Shown piece by piece: positions 1 to 14,000 of a stretch of DNA of 64,000 nt. The stretch comes from Laetmonice hystrix (taxonomy: Eukaryota). Within the stretch, counting starts at the first letter, position 1; each line of letters begins with the position of its first letter. Where the stretch lies: contig OZ249436.1 in assembly GCA_965235115.1 (NCBI GenBank), positions 33,482,001 to 33,546,000 of the forward strand, written 5' to 3'. The position numbers and the translations under genes are program-made. The notes beneath the pieces are model-generated. The model was not told the origin of the DNA and made no database searches. It saw nothing but the letters and a program-made list of their open reading frames with translations.

Positions 1-227
1 CTTGAAAAATGGCCGAGATACACGACCCCTGTTTACTACTACTACTACTACTACTACTACTACGCCGCAAATAATAATAATAATAATACAGAAACCGAAA
101 CCAGACAATTTCTAGATCCCATCCCCTGGATAGGGGATGGGATAATAATAATAATAATAATAATAGTGTAGACGAAACCATACAAAATCAAAATCCCATT
201 TCCCCGTCAGGGAAATGGGATAAAAAA
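1..227. repeat. (CTA)n and (ATA)n microsatellites with two related 12-bp GC-rich stem-loops; resembles 3' ends of non-autonomous Helentron/DINE-like elements
   Basis: Stems atcccatcccct 116-127 / aggggatgggat 132-143 and atcccatttccc 193-204 / gggaaatgggat 210-221, among short tandem repeats. The family assignment is inference from architecture only. Confidence 0.55.
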
Positions 228-1515
228 GTGTGGTCTTATTGCCGAAGTAATGTGGCAGTAAGGGGTAGGGGGTTAGACTGCATTATTGCCAAAGTCGAGC
301 CTGCTGTCGCAGCAAGGGACATGGATGGCGAAGTGAGGGAGTTACTTGAGGAGCGAGAATAGGGAGTGTGCGCCACTAGGTGGCGCGACCGTTATCGGTT
401 TCCAGTCAGGTGCGGTCCCTGGCAGTCAAGCCAAGGGTGGCGCTTTCTGCCCAAGTGTACCACTTAAGAACATCTAGGTTTTTCCCATTAGAGACAAGGC
501 AACACTTGAAAGACACTTGCCTTGGCATAAAATAATTAAAATCCGAGCCCAGAAGACACAGAATGCAGGATAAAACCGTGACAGTTGGCGATGAAACAGA
601 CTGCATGCTCAGGCACCCGCACCGTTCATCATCGGAGACTTACTGAGGTGCCGAACAGCGCCGACAGTGAGGGGCGTCTCATGCCCATCGTCGTCGCAGG
701 TCCCCTGGCTTAATTAACCCTAAACTGTAGCAGAGACGACTCAGCTTCAGCTTCACTCATTGTGTTTGTGCGATAGGCTAGCCAAGGCGGCAGGCCCAAG
801 CCAGCCCAAACGTTGATCTGCTATTTAGACGTCATTTCAGAACTGACGTCTATAAATAGCACATCAACCGTTACTTGTTAGGATGGCCAGCCTGTCGCAC
901 AATGCTGAAGAACGAGACTAGCTTTAATATAGCTATAGGGTAGGCTAATCCAAAGCATAGACAACCCGCCGAGCAAGTTCATGTTTACATGTTTCCTCTG
1001 GGGGCCGCGCATATGCAAATTTGGTCCAATCACAATCGTAAGACTCGGTCATGTGGTGCATTAATCTTGGCTTGACGGCGAGGCAGGCACGACACGGGCG
1101 TGCTGGTCCAGTAGGGCAATCTATTCTAGGCCTAGGCCCTTGATGTATTAAAATTAACTAAAGTTTCATCTTCATTGGCAATTTAATATTCTATATTGTC
1201 CGACTCAGGGATTCAATCTTGCTCAACTCCACTCTCAAGCCAGAGTCAGGAGGCATGACTGCCCAAGCCGCAAACGACAATCCGACATGTCTAATGTCGA
1301 TCTACTCAAAGCCAAAGGTCTATAGGTTATAGCGGTTTTTTTTTAAATAGTGTAGACCTGTGTAGTCACAGAGATGTTGGAATTATGTAAGGGCAACATG
1401 TTTTACCCAACTTGGGGGGTACACTGTCGAAAGCGTGTTAAAAAATTATGATCTTGGTTGCTTCCCCGTTCACACTCAGTGGCAGGCTCCGCAACCAGAA
1501 ACCGATATTTAACGC

Positions 1516-1845
1516 GCCAAAGTTCTTCATCCACATGCGCCTTAGTTCCTGACAAAGATACTGACAAGGTACTTTGATACGGTCTTCTGCACAATCGTGT
1601 GGCTTTATAGTGCGGACACAGTACTTTGGAACATGCATCAACCCCAAACTGACCGTACATGTTTCTTGCTTCCAAAGTACTTTGGCAGGATCAGGCAAAA
1701 AGCAGTTTGTAAGCCAGTCGCCCATTGGTACTTTGGCAACAATTACCCTGGCTTGTTGCTGCCAAAGTACAAATACTGTGTTTTGATTGGTACTTTGGCA
1801 ATAGCCTTTTGGTGGTCTTCCACCCAAAGAACTTTGGCAGCAGTC
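1516..1845. repeat. Cluster of GTACTTTGG(CA) motifs in both orientations; probable foldback/MITE subterminal repeats
   Basis: gtactttg at 1569, 1621, 1728, 1790; palindrome CCAAAGTACTTTGG at 1672-1685; ccaaagtac at 1762-1770; CCAAAGAACTTTGG at 1824-1837. Confidence 0.7.
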
Positions 1846-2039
1846 ATTGCCATTGTTAAATGATATGATTTTTGTTTTTGGATGCCACAGACTTTGATTA
1901 TTGTCGACCTTTGATGACCAGATGAAATATTTAGATTTGAACACATAAAATATTTTCTAAGATAGTGGGAACACATTGTGTGTTTGGTATCTGATAGCAC
2001 GTGTTTCATGCCTAATAATTAATGTTTCTTTGTTTCTAG

Positions 2040-5000
2040 ATGTGGCAGAAAAAGAGAACACTGCTGTAAGTTTTTCTTTTATGGAAATTTAAATTGTTCA
2101 TGGTATTACTAGTAGTTGTTTGAAGTTGAAGAGAGTCTTTACATTCAGATAAGGTTGTTGTTTACAGTAAGTTATACAGGGTTCCCACAGTGATGAAAAG
2201 GCCTGTAAAAGTCATGGAAAATAGAAAAAATGAGGTAACGTAATGAAAAAGTCATGGAATTTCTTATTTGTAATTTCTCTTGGACCACTTTTTTGTTAAT
2301 GTTAGGCGTAAATTGTAAAGTTCCTTGACGTACTACTACTAGGCCCTGGGACAATTCTGAGATTTTAGGGGTTTTTATTAATTTTATCCAGAATTGGTCA
2401 TGAAATTTGAGACTTTTGATCTGGAAAAGTCATGGAAAGGTCAGGAAATTTCAGTGGCCAGCTTGTGGGAACCCTGGTACAGTTAAAGGGGCAGTACTGG
2501 TTTTTACTTACCATTGTACATTGGGAGGTAACTAATGGTGCGTAACCAGTCAGCACTGGTCCAACTATTCACAATGCCTATTCGAGTCGCTGGTGATGTA
2601 AAAACCAATGTACATGTATGGCTGCTCACATCAGGACCTTGCAGATTTTGGTCCTATTTGACTTCAGTTTTTGTTAGATTATATAGAAATCCTTCGTTTC
2701 AATGTATTATAGGGTATCTAACATGTTTTTGGTCAATTTTTGGCACTTGATACTAAGGACCAGTGCACCCACATGGGCACATGGGCACCCACATGGGCAC
2801 AGTACCAACTGACTCACATTTGCAAGTGGGCAAGCGCCCGTTCCATCCACTGTTGTTGCTTTGTTTCATGTACATTGTTAAAATGCTGCAATGCTACATA
2901 TGGTCATGAATAAGATTAACTGGCACAAATGCCTGTAAAGTTGTTGATCTCTGACACTTAGACTACCGTAATCTTCCATGTATAAGCCGCAGCTGGCGTT
3001 TTTTGAGCACAAGTCAGAAGAAAAATGTTTCTGATGCCAGTGACAGCAAAGCTGGGCCCCGAGGGTCAACCCTATGAAACATGCTGAGACGTGTATCAGT
3101 TAGATGCTTCACCAGCCAGGCCCAGGGCATCCGCCAGAGGGGGGGACGGGGGGGATTTATCCCCCCCATGATTGGGACATGGGGGGGATATCCCCCCCAT
3201 AAATCTGCAGAGCAGTGTTTTTTTTTAAGCTATTCTCGCTCTGAGAGGCCAGGAAAACGCATCTCCGGAGTTCATGAAAAAAAAATTTCTGGGGGAGGGC
3301 CCCCTGTCCCCCCCATTAATTATTTTCTGGCGGAAACCCTGCAGGCCATAGTGTGAAAACTCACTGTCCAGACGCCAGTGTACCCATCACCTTCCAAATT
3401 GTTAATCGGCCTGTTGCTTTTCCTGGGCATTAAAAACAATAAGACACACCTTTGGAATCCCTCATATATATTGACACGTAAAACAATGGGTGTTAAAGGG
3501 AACACCACAGCTTCTTGTATATATATAGCATACATTTGATCTCGATTTGTGGAGTTTGGACATATAATTGAGTTGTATTAGTTTGATGGAATGGTAGCTT
3601 AGACATCCGTTTGTATCTTACCAAGGAGGAAGTGAATGAGAAAGAGAAAGATATGCCTGCTGATAAAGTGATGGAGGTTGATAACCCAGAGGTTGATACT
3701 AAAGAGGAGAAAACTGAACCCGTGAAGGACAAGAACACAGAGGCGCCTGAAGACATGTCAGTTGATGAGGCTTCGATTATGGCCAATCCTAAGGTTTGTG
3801 GTGTGGATGAAGATTCAAGCAATTCAATCATTGCATTGTATACACTCTTTTATAGCACAAATGTTATTAATAGCTGACAACCAGAAATAAGGGAATCCTG
3901 TGTGACAACTTAGATCTTTCAGAAGTAACAATTGATCAGGTAAATTCCTTCCTTTTAGTTTAAAAGTAAATACAGGGCCAGTTTTAGTATTGATCAAAAT
4001 TTTAATATAAACCGTTTCTCTATTGCAGGTTATAGATGAAATTATGGATGATGACACCATCAATATTACAATAGAGGATGAAGACAAACTTCTGGCTGAA
4101 GAGGTAAATATTGCATCCATTAAACATGTCGAACACCAGTGATGCCATTACGTAATCACTTAATCGCTGAACTTATGTAGGCCTAATTGTGAGGAATTTA
4201 TATACTGTATTAAAAAAAATATGATTGAGTCTTAGTAATCAGTAATGGCATTTTTAATGGCATTAATGGTACATAAGACATCCATGCTATTTTCCTTTAT
4301 AAATAATACGTTTGGTTGTTTTCTTGAAGGAGGAAGAGATGACCGAGGACGTCAAGGGCCAAGTGGAAAAGAAGACAGGTAACAGTTGTGTTAAAAAGGG
4401 AGAAATAGAAATTTGCTAACAATCCTCCCATCTATTTACAACTTAATTCTGTAGTTTGGTGTTGTTCTCTTTGAAAGAGATTACATGGGGCAGCAGGAAA
4501 AAGGTTTTATTTCAGCAGAGCTTAAAGCTTGTGGTTTGGCAGCAGCAATTGTTGCAGCAGTGACATTGGAAACCCTTACAGCCGTTGGCATTTGACCAGT
4601 GTTGAAGTGTTCAGTGCGTGTAAGAAGAACTTTTCGACCAGTCAGGATTGAAGGAGAAGCAATGTACAATGTCCCAGCATCTAGATATCGTAACCATTAT
4701 TTCATGAGACACTAACTGCGAACTCAGCCACAGCGATCAGTCACAACCGTTTAAAACATTTCCGTTATCCCGAAACGGCAGCTTTAAAGTGATGGACCAC
4801 GATGATTGTAGCGCTAATCAAACTTTTGCCAAGAACATTTGCCAAGATACCAAGGACAGCCTGCTATGATCAAGGTGAAATCGTCATCTACTTCTCTCAA
4901 GAAATGCAGCTCTCCCAAGGGTGGCTTAGTGAAGGACTTGGTCATTGCGTCACAGTGTGAATAGCGTCAGTTAGTGCTAGCCTTCCCATGAATGGATCGT

Positions 5001-8000
5001 CGGCGTCAACATCAACTGTATTGAAGAGAGTTCCTTTCGCGGACACCTATGCTTCGTAACTGAGGGTTTTCCACTACGATGTTCTTGTTCTTCTATATAC
5101 TCTTCCAAGCTTGAAGGACTTCTACTACTGGATCTGTGTGGAGGTTACCAGAAGAATCATTCTCAGCTCAAGTCAAGGCCTGTCAGGTTTCAACCTGCTT
5201 CCCACGCGCTTGGCTTGCCTATAGTATGATACATACACGGCGAGACCGTGGGAAGAGCAACATGCCCAGTTCTTATAACCATGTCAGTTACACAGTTAGC
5301 ATAATTGGATTAATTCATTTCTATTATCAGTATTAATTTGTGAGCTTCTGGTAGGCAATAAAACATTTTCATTTAAATGGAATGTTGCCAGTTCTAATCA
5401 AGGCATGCAGTGCTGCTCTACATGCACACATCTTTTCATGAAAGCCTGAGCAGGTATGTATGTGATGTGATATTCATGGGGGCACAGGGGAACAATGTTT
5501 TGCTTGATGTGTTCGTTCAACCTTTTTCCTCATTAAATTTATCTAGAAATCGACAGATCCCCAGAAGCCAATGGTGCACAGGAAGAGAAGGAGTCTACGC
5601 CATGCAAGGAGAACACCACAGCTGCAGAGAATGGCGAAAAGAAGGAAAGCGACGCGGGGGACGCACCCCCTTCGCCAACCAGTGTTCCGGTGCCAACACC
5701 TGCCCTGACTTCAGAGGACACTCTGAAGCTTCACATCACCAGTGACCGTAAAGATGATGACATCTCCCTGATTGTCCATGCAGACGACACCCAAAACGAC
5801 CTAGACAATGATATCCTGGGCACGCCTGCCAAAAAGGAGGACAGTCCACCTGTTGTGGCAAGTTCTGATGCCACGGGCTCAAAAGAGGTCAGCGAGAAGC
5901 CCAAGGATGGAGCAGCATCAGCAGCAAAGTCGCCAGCGCCCACGAGTGACGAGACAGAGAAACAAGTCTCCAAGGAGGTCACAAAAGAGGAGCCAGATGC
6001 AGGTGCCAAGACTGATGGTAAAAAGACGGAGGGAAGGAAGGCAGTTGGAGAAACCAAAAAGGAGGAGACGCCAAAGAAGAGCTCAGAGAAGAAGGATTCG
6101 GGAAAGAAGGAGGCTGACAAATCTAAGAGGTTGGTTTGTATTGCTCCTCATGCCCAACAGCCAGTGGTGCATTGCGTGGAGGAAGGGTTTGTATGTATGC
6201 TCTACAACTAAAGGCAGCACCCATTCAGGGCTACTGTGCTTACCATTCACCCTTTTTGACCTCTGTTTTGTCGACAAGGTTGGCTGTTTAAATTCAGTGC
6301 CTTGGACGCCTACCAGAGACCCCACTCCAGTCACAGAGGCCACTTGAGATGTTTGCAGTTTGCTTGGTAACGTTTAAACAGCCTTGGAAACGCCAACTCT
6401 GCTCTACAACCTGTTGCTGTAAAGTACATCCAAACCAGTTTAGAATGGAGAGGCCTGTCATCAGTAGGGAATCTGTTTAGTTAATAAAAGATACATAAAA
6501 AGAAAGACTGCAGAAAGGCAGTATTGATGGATGTCATGACACCCTTACCATATCCCAACACGTCACCGTTCTGAAGGTGGGCTTTATTGAAAAAAGAGAA
6601 TATTTAATCTCATATTCTCAGACCAACCTGCAAGGCCACTGCCGCTTGGCAACCTGAGACTCTGCACTGAGAAAAGAATATCAATGCCCCGTATTTGGTG
6701 TGTAAAATCTGTGACCCTGACAAACATTTGGCTGAATGCCAGATCCCTACTCGTCTGTTCTCCTCTGCAGCCATGCATGACAGTCATGTGTTGTGGAGTT
6801 CCCTTTTTTATCCTATTTATCATCCCAGTATCTTGCACCTTTTTCGTAGACGAGTAAGAAAGGTTCTGGTTGATAAACTCCTAACCTAGATAAGTTTAGC
6901 GGGCAAAGAGCCACTCTGTTTGGTCAGACGTTGGTTCCTTTAGCTAGCTTTCTTAGTTCGCCACTAATGTGCAAGCATAGTGCCCGTGGGGGTGGGTTTA
7001 ATCATAACTTTTCCTATTGTTTCATGCACTCATTAAGTGTACTATTTTGCAGTGACAGCAGGAGTTCAAAGTCCTCATCAAAGGATGAAAAAGGTAAGCA
7101 TGACACTTTTGATTTATTAAACAATTTCTTTCTAAGCACGTACACAAGGAAGAGTTGGGAGGAAGACATGTGCATGTTTGTTAGCTTTATAATGGCAGCT
7201 GAGTCTGATGTTATTTACTGAAGCTTGGGAACTTGGTTTAAAGCATAATGAATGCCTCCCGATCTGAAGTGTACAACATCTTGTGCTAAAACATCCCAAT
7301 ATATACATCTAAATATTATCTTCGCACATGTACAAGTTGACTCACAGCAGAGTGAATACCAATGTTTGGTTGCAGGAAGTCATAAGAGCAGCAGCACCAG
7401 TAGCCGCAACCTGTGGGTCAGTGGCCTGTCGTCATCCACGAGGGCAACTGATCTCAAGTCGCTGTTCAGCAAGCATGGCAAGGTAGGTCTCTTAATTTTT
7501 TTTTAATATGGTTTATTTTTTAAATATTTGAAATGCACGTTTGGTTTTTAGAGTATTTTTTGGTTATAGACATTCTGTGGAATTAGCTGTAATAATTTGT
7601 AGGGTCTTCAAAATGTAGAATATCTTCCTGGTACATGTACTCCGGATTTAGATTAGAAGAATTGATGGTGTTTCAGGTTGCTGGAGCCAAAGTCGTTACC
7701 AATGCACGGAGTCCTGGATCCCGCTGCTATGGCTTTGTCACCATGTCAACGGCAGAAGAGGCGTCCAAGTGCATCCAGCATCTCCACCGAACAGAACTTC
7801 ATGGGCGGATGATCTCAGTGGAGAAGGTAAAGGAGCTACGTCTGAATGCTTCTTTGAATTTTAATTTGTGTTCCTTGTGTGCTTGAGCACTATAGGTAAT
7901 GGTCTCCAAGGTAATTTGTTTGGAAACGGTTAGGAGTGTGGTAAATGCACCAATCAGTCTAGTGTTTCATTTACCGAGCTGAGCAACTAGTGTAGAATAG

Positions 8001-11000
8001 AGATGGAAAGAGAGCTATCATTAACGTTGTTGGTTTGAATAGAACTGGAACCCAGCCAAAATTTATTGTAATGGTCCACTGGTAGTATTGGGTCGGGTTT
8101 CTTTGACAGGCCAACCAGTCTTCTTTCACAAGTATAGCTTTCAACTAAACTTCTAATACTAACAGCCAGTAGGCTAAACGACTGCGATTGTCTAGTGACC
8201 TCATACAGAGCTCTTTGGAGCATGACTGTCGGAGTTTCTCTACCTGTTTGCCACAGCATCGAAAGACAAAGTGGCTGAAAATGGCCATAGGCTTGAATAT
8301 CTGGACACTTAGCTGTGATATGCAGGCCTAATATTCCAGACAGGTTTTTTTTTTGTGAATCGGTTTCCCATGATATTAAATGTTAGGGAAGAATATATTG
8401 GCATACTTCATAAATAAACCATGACATAAGAACCAAAATTTGCACTCTTCAGGAAATTTATGGTCAAGTGCCTTCAACTTGATACTGCCTTCATCTTGTA
8501 TTCATATAACAGCAGGGACCATTTTTGCTTGTTATTGCAGGCCAAGGATGATTCCACATCTTCCTTGTTGCTCCAGGCGAAAAATGAGCCAGCAGTACCA
8601 GCAAGCAAGACTTCTGTTTCAGACAAACGGTCTGTTTCCAGAAGTGGAGATAAGAAAGAAGAGCCTAAGAAAGATGGTGGGTTCTTAAATACTTTGTGCT
8701 GTCTGAACTGGAAAACGCTGGCGGGAATAGTGTATAATGATGAACGGATCTTCGTTTTTTTTTAGTCGAGACTAGGTTTGAGAATTTTTATTGATAGAAA
8801 GGAGATGTACATTATTATAGTAAAAGAGGGTGTTAAAAGGTTCACTTATTGATGCATAAACTATAGATTTACTTTGATGTACATTTAACAGAAAGGCAAC
8901 TAATCTACCTAGAAATGCACATGGTTTTACCTGAAAGACGCACACAGGGGGGAGACTTTTCCTCGGATTCGCAGATTTTCACTGATTTTTTTTTCTGCCA
9001 GTCGGTGGTTTTCCTTGTTGGAGGTTTCAGGGGGTACTACTGGACAGTTTCCCCACTTTTTTCAACATACCCTAATTACAGGTGGTTGCATCGAGATCCT
9101 GTGTTTATACAGACCCAAGTATTTAATCTTAACATTTCTTGGCCTATACATTGTTTTCAATTCTGTCACCCAAATGTCAGTACAAAAATCTACTACTACG
9201 ATAGGTCAAAGACTTGGGAATTCTATGATTATATATGCACCTTCCAGACAAAAAGCCTTCTGAGAAGAAAGAGGCAAAGCCTGGTGAGAAAAAAGAGGAG
9301 GATAAGAAAAAGCCAGCTGAGAAAAAAGAGGAGAAAAAAGAAGAAAAGAAAGAGGAGAAAAAGGAGGTGGCTGAGAAGGAGACTGAAAAGAAAGATGTAG
9401 AAAAGAAAGAGAAAAAGATCGAGAAAAAAGATGATCGTCGTTCAGGTCATTCCACTGTTGGCAGTGCTCGCAGACACTCCAGTGGAGGTAATAAACATGT
9501 TCTGATCTGTACAGTGTCGACATAGAAATGTCTAACAAAAATCATGGAATGTTGCTGTATTCATTTTTGTCACTACACTAACATATTTCAACATCTCAAA
9601 CTGCCCCAAAAAAGAATTTTTCCCATTGTTTGGTCAGTGTTGCCGATTTTGATATAAAGGAAAATTGAATTCTTGTGCAGATCGAGGCAGGCCAGCTGGC
9701 AGGGCAGAGGGAACCAAGTCCCCACGGTCACTGTCCAAAGACCAGGGTGCAAGGCATGAAAGCAAAGACAGGAAAAGGGAACCATCAAAAGCGGCCAGCA
9801 CTGGTGAAGGGCCATCTAGTCAGAAGAAGGCAGATGTGCTATCGTTTGAGAAAATAAAGGTATGTCCTCTATTTTAGGATGTATAACTATAAATACAAAA
9901 TGGAAAAAAAATATCGAATTGAAAATAATCTACAGAGCTGTTAAGTTTTAATTAAACTGTTATTTTGATAAGCCAGTACATGTGACTTTGTGCCCTAGGA
10001 GGAGCGAGAACGAGAACGCCTCAGGCAGAGAGAAAGACAAATCCGAGAAGAAGAACGACGTAGAGCCAGAGAGCTCGAGCGCAAGCGGCAGCGACAGCTA
10101 GATATTGATCGCCGACAGAAGGAGGAGTCTGCCAGGCTTAAGAGGGAGCGCGACATGTTGAGGTAATTATAGGGTACTGAGTTGCTTGAGGCATATTTTG
10201 CCAAATCATGACATTATGCATACATGTATTTTGGTCTAACAACATGGTTCAAAGATTAAATGACTTTCATACATTGCTAAATTGCATGCCGAGTAATACA
10301 GGGGTGTCTTTAATTTACAAGGCAGAAAAGTTACAGCTGAATATCGCAAGAAATATATCTTGTTTGTTGTGGAAACCTAGATATTTACTTACCTAAGTAC
10401 TATAACCTTGACTTTTGGTTATTGTATTGAGAATCTAATATCCCTTCAGGCTTGAACGTGAAAGACTGGAAAGGGAAAGATTGGAAGTGGAGCGAATAGA
10501 GAGAGAACGACTCCGGGCAGAACGTGAGCGCAGGGAAAGGGAGCGATTAGAAATGGAAAGAGAAGAGGCTCGCAAACTTGAACAAATGAGGTATGTCGGG
10601 CAGTATGAGTGTAAATCTGGACTTACTCAGGCTTGGCATGGAAAAAAAGTGAATTGTTAAAATGGAATTGACGATTATATTATACTCGTAGGTTGGAACA
10701 AGAGAGACGAGCCCAGAAGCGTCCGTACGATGGTGGTCGGGGTGGCAGCAGTCGGGATGACCCATACTGGGGAGACAACAAGAGACAGGCCCTAGGAGAC
10801 CGGGGCATTGATAGGCCCAATTCTAGCTACAATGGCACCAGGTCAGTGGCCTTACTGACAGGCCAGGCTCTTTAACCTTTATTGACCACTAACATGCAAT
10901 TGGTTGACTCACTAAGGCTGTGAACGTACAGGGTTCGTATGGTTGATACCTGAAGGCTTCATAGGGCTTTGAATTTTGTACGTGCTCATGGAAATACCAT

Positions 11001-14000
11001 CAGGGAGTTCATTTTAAGTAAAGTAGCATCAGGGAATGAATAGGGTTTAATCTTTTTATTTACTGGGCACGTTACAATTAGTACATTTCATAAAGCCATC
11101 ATTTGCATTTTCAGTATTTATTTATGTTCTTTTTAAAATTAGTAGAGAAACGTAAATTGGCAGAAAGCTTAAGACTATTATAGAAAATGATGCAGTGAAG
11201 TTCAGTTGGGAGTACGAACCCTGAATGTAAGTCGCCCTTCTGCCATGCTTTATTCGGTACTGTAGATAAACTGTGTCTCTGTATTTTTTAGTATACAGAT
11301 TCCTACCTAGGTGGTATTACCGAGTTTGCTTGCACAGAGAAATGTGGGATTAACCTGCTATGTCTTTACTAAGGGCTCCTCCTGAAAGTTTGCTGCATGG
11401 CTTAATACAACGTCTGTGCAACGCTTCCACTGCTGTTTGAAAAGGACAACTTGGTTTTCTTTTGTAGAAAATGGACACTTATTCTTTGTTTTAAACATGT
11501 TGAAAGAAATTCCCTGTTCACAACGTGGGGTACCGTATCTACTGTGTGGGATAGTGGGATAGAAGTTGACCTTTCTATGAGACATAGATATTGCACAGGA
11601 CACTTGGCAGAGGAATGATGGTTTTTATAACCCCGCTGTTTGCTGAAGGAGTAGTCAAGGAAGGTGTGATGTGATCTTTGCAGGGGTTGCAATGACTTTG
11701 ACCATCGCAGTGGGGGCAGACGAGGGGGGTTTGAGGACAACAGAGGGGGTTCAGACTCTCTGGACAGGAGGGTCGATCGCTATGAGCGCAAGGATGGCCG
11801 CTCACTAGAGGCAACCCCTAGACACAGTGACCCCACCTCAAGGTAAATTAGACTCCAGCCACAAATAACTATAGTCTGTTTGAAAATAGAATCTATAGAT
11901 AATTTTGTATGGTGGGTTTTTGTATAGGCACAGGAGATGCTTTGGGTGCACTAAATGCATGACGGGCCTCTTGAATTGTGAAGGGACAGGTGCTGATCGG
12001 TAAGGGCCAAGTTGAAGGGGATTTCCATTGAAAGTCTAGCATTGCATGAAATTGTTGGCAGTTTAATTTTTTGCCCTACCTGATTCTGTGGTGACTGGTG
12101 GTATAACCCAGGACATGTGAGTGGTAATCACGAATGATATCATAAACATATAGTACAGGACATTATATTTATGAGAAAATGGAAACTTTGAATTCAAAGA
12201 TCCTTTTTAGGTCTCTGTGAGGTATCTTGGAAATAAACCTTAGGTAACACCATTATAAAGCTGAGGCAATCATAAAGCATTGAGAGATTTGTACCGTTTA
12301 CTAAGTTGCTATCTACCACCCGGCTAGTGTCTGCTGGTGTGCCTGTGCCAACACACTGTATAACACATCAGGTTTAGGTTCACCTTTCTGCCTATCTGAA
12401 GCCAGCACATGCTTTCAATCTGCTTTCCAGGCAGGCTTTACCAACTTAACTGGGACTAGGGGATGGAATGGATAGTTTACTACTGTAATTGTCAGAGCCA
12501 TAGGCAGCATGATCCCTTTCTCTAATTCAGCTATCTGAAATTTGTCATGTTTTATAAATGGAAATTTTTTTGTGGGAGCAGTAAAGCTGGCTACCATGCT
12601 GCTTCGTCAGCCAGTCGCTTCAATGATGACCATGACGATCCATCCACCAGACGAGGCCGTGAGATGGGTCGTGATGGTCCGTCACGGCGAGACGTATCTT
12701 CCAGTCATGATCGTGATGAGCGCAGTTTTGATGTGCGACGTGCTCCAGACAGGTGAGTGTCTATGCTGAATCCACCAAGATATTGTGAGAAATAACGCAT
12801 TGTAAAAATATAACGACTTGTAAAAAATGCTTTGGTTGGAAAAGGGATGTGTGAAGTATTGTTAACACTGTCACTGTACCTTCCAGATAAATTCAGAGCA
12901 CGATATTATTACCTTTATGAACTAATTCTTCATGAACTAATACCATAAAGTCTTACATGTTTCTACCTGATATAAATCACTCGTAGGTATGACATGGATG
13001 TCAGAGTTCGACGTGACAGTTCACGTGATGGACACCGTCACGAAGCTGACCGAAGCAGTCGTGATGACCGCTTTGGGGTTGCAGCTAGACAGTCTCCAAC
13101 AAGAAGGGGCCAAGACTCGCGAACAGATTGGAAGACGGAGAGTAATCGGATGAGTTCAGGGCCCGACCGTCGGGAGAGAGTGCGTGCTCCGTATGACAGC
13201 CAAGGTATGTCCAAAGGTGGGTCTCCAAAAAGTACCATACCTTTCTACTAACACCTTTAGCATTATTTGTAAGGTAGAGTGATATGAAAGGGATGGGGAT
13301 TAAAAGGCAGGACAACAATGGACTAACATTATGACAATTAACATGAACAACATTTATGTGAAGTTCCTTCGAGTCATGCAACCACCCCAGATACTCGCAT
13401 TAAGGACCTTTCTGTTATTTTTGAACCATCTAGATCGTCAAGTTATTAGTGATGCCTATTATAAATAGTTTCATGTTCTCATTGCTTTAGTAGAGAAAAA
13501 AGTTTTTGTTCGATGACTTATGGCAAAGAGGAAAAAAATAGTTTGCCTTGTAGATAGTGTCTAAGTCGGAGGAATGAATGGGACTTGCAGGGATGTGCCC
13601 AGAAAGAATTGAGCCCCAGGCGGTAGTTTTGTGCTAGAGCTAGAATATTATTTTTCTCAAAGAAATAAAGATGGGAAATTTATTTATAAAATCTTCCTAC
13701 CTCCATAGTGGTTAGCGCTTCAGGAAGGAATGAACAAGAGGCGGTAGGAGAAGAAATTATATAGACACATTTATCAGATGATAGGCATAATAAAAATTGC
13801 TGCTGGGCGGCATTGAACCTTTTAATTTTTGTGCCGGGAAGCTAAAATTGGTGCTGCGTGGGCCTGCCTGGTGTGGGCACATCCCTGGACCTAAGTATAT
13901 AGGTGTTTGAGCATAGACTTGTAACCAATCCTATTTCCCTGCATGCTCCCACAGGCAGTTCCGGAGCCAAGTCGTTAGTCATTTAGACCATGAAAATTTC

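Noticed and set aside
116..227. Rho-independent terminators
   Set aside because: Eukaryotic intronic context; the hairpins are better explained as repeat-element ends.
1013..1032. Octamer plus CCAAT suggesting a histone H2B or snRNA promoter
   Set aside because: No histone ORF or recognisable snRNA sequence nearby.
1516..1845. CRISPR-like repeat/spacer array
   Set aside because: Repeats are only 9-14 bp, in mixed orientation with irregular spacing, inside a eukaryotic intron, with no cas genes.
5731..6347. Alternative-frame and antisense ORFs over the large SAFB exon
   Set aside because: Shadows of a purine-rich, low-complexity coding exon.
11614..11646. C/D box snoRNA (atgatg...ctga) in a SAFB intron
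   Set aside because: Too short, imperfect C box and no terminal stem.
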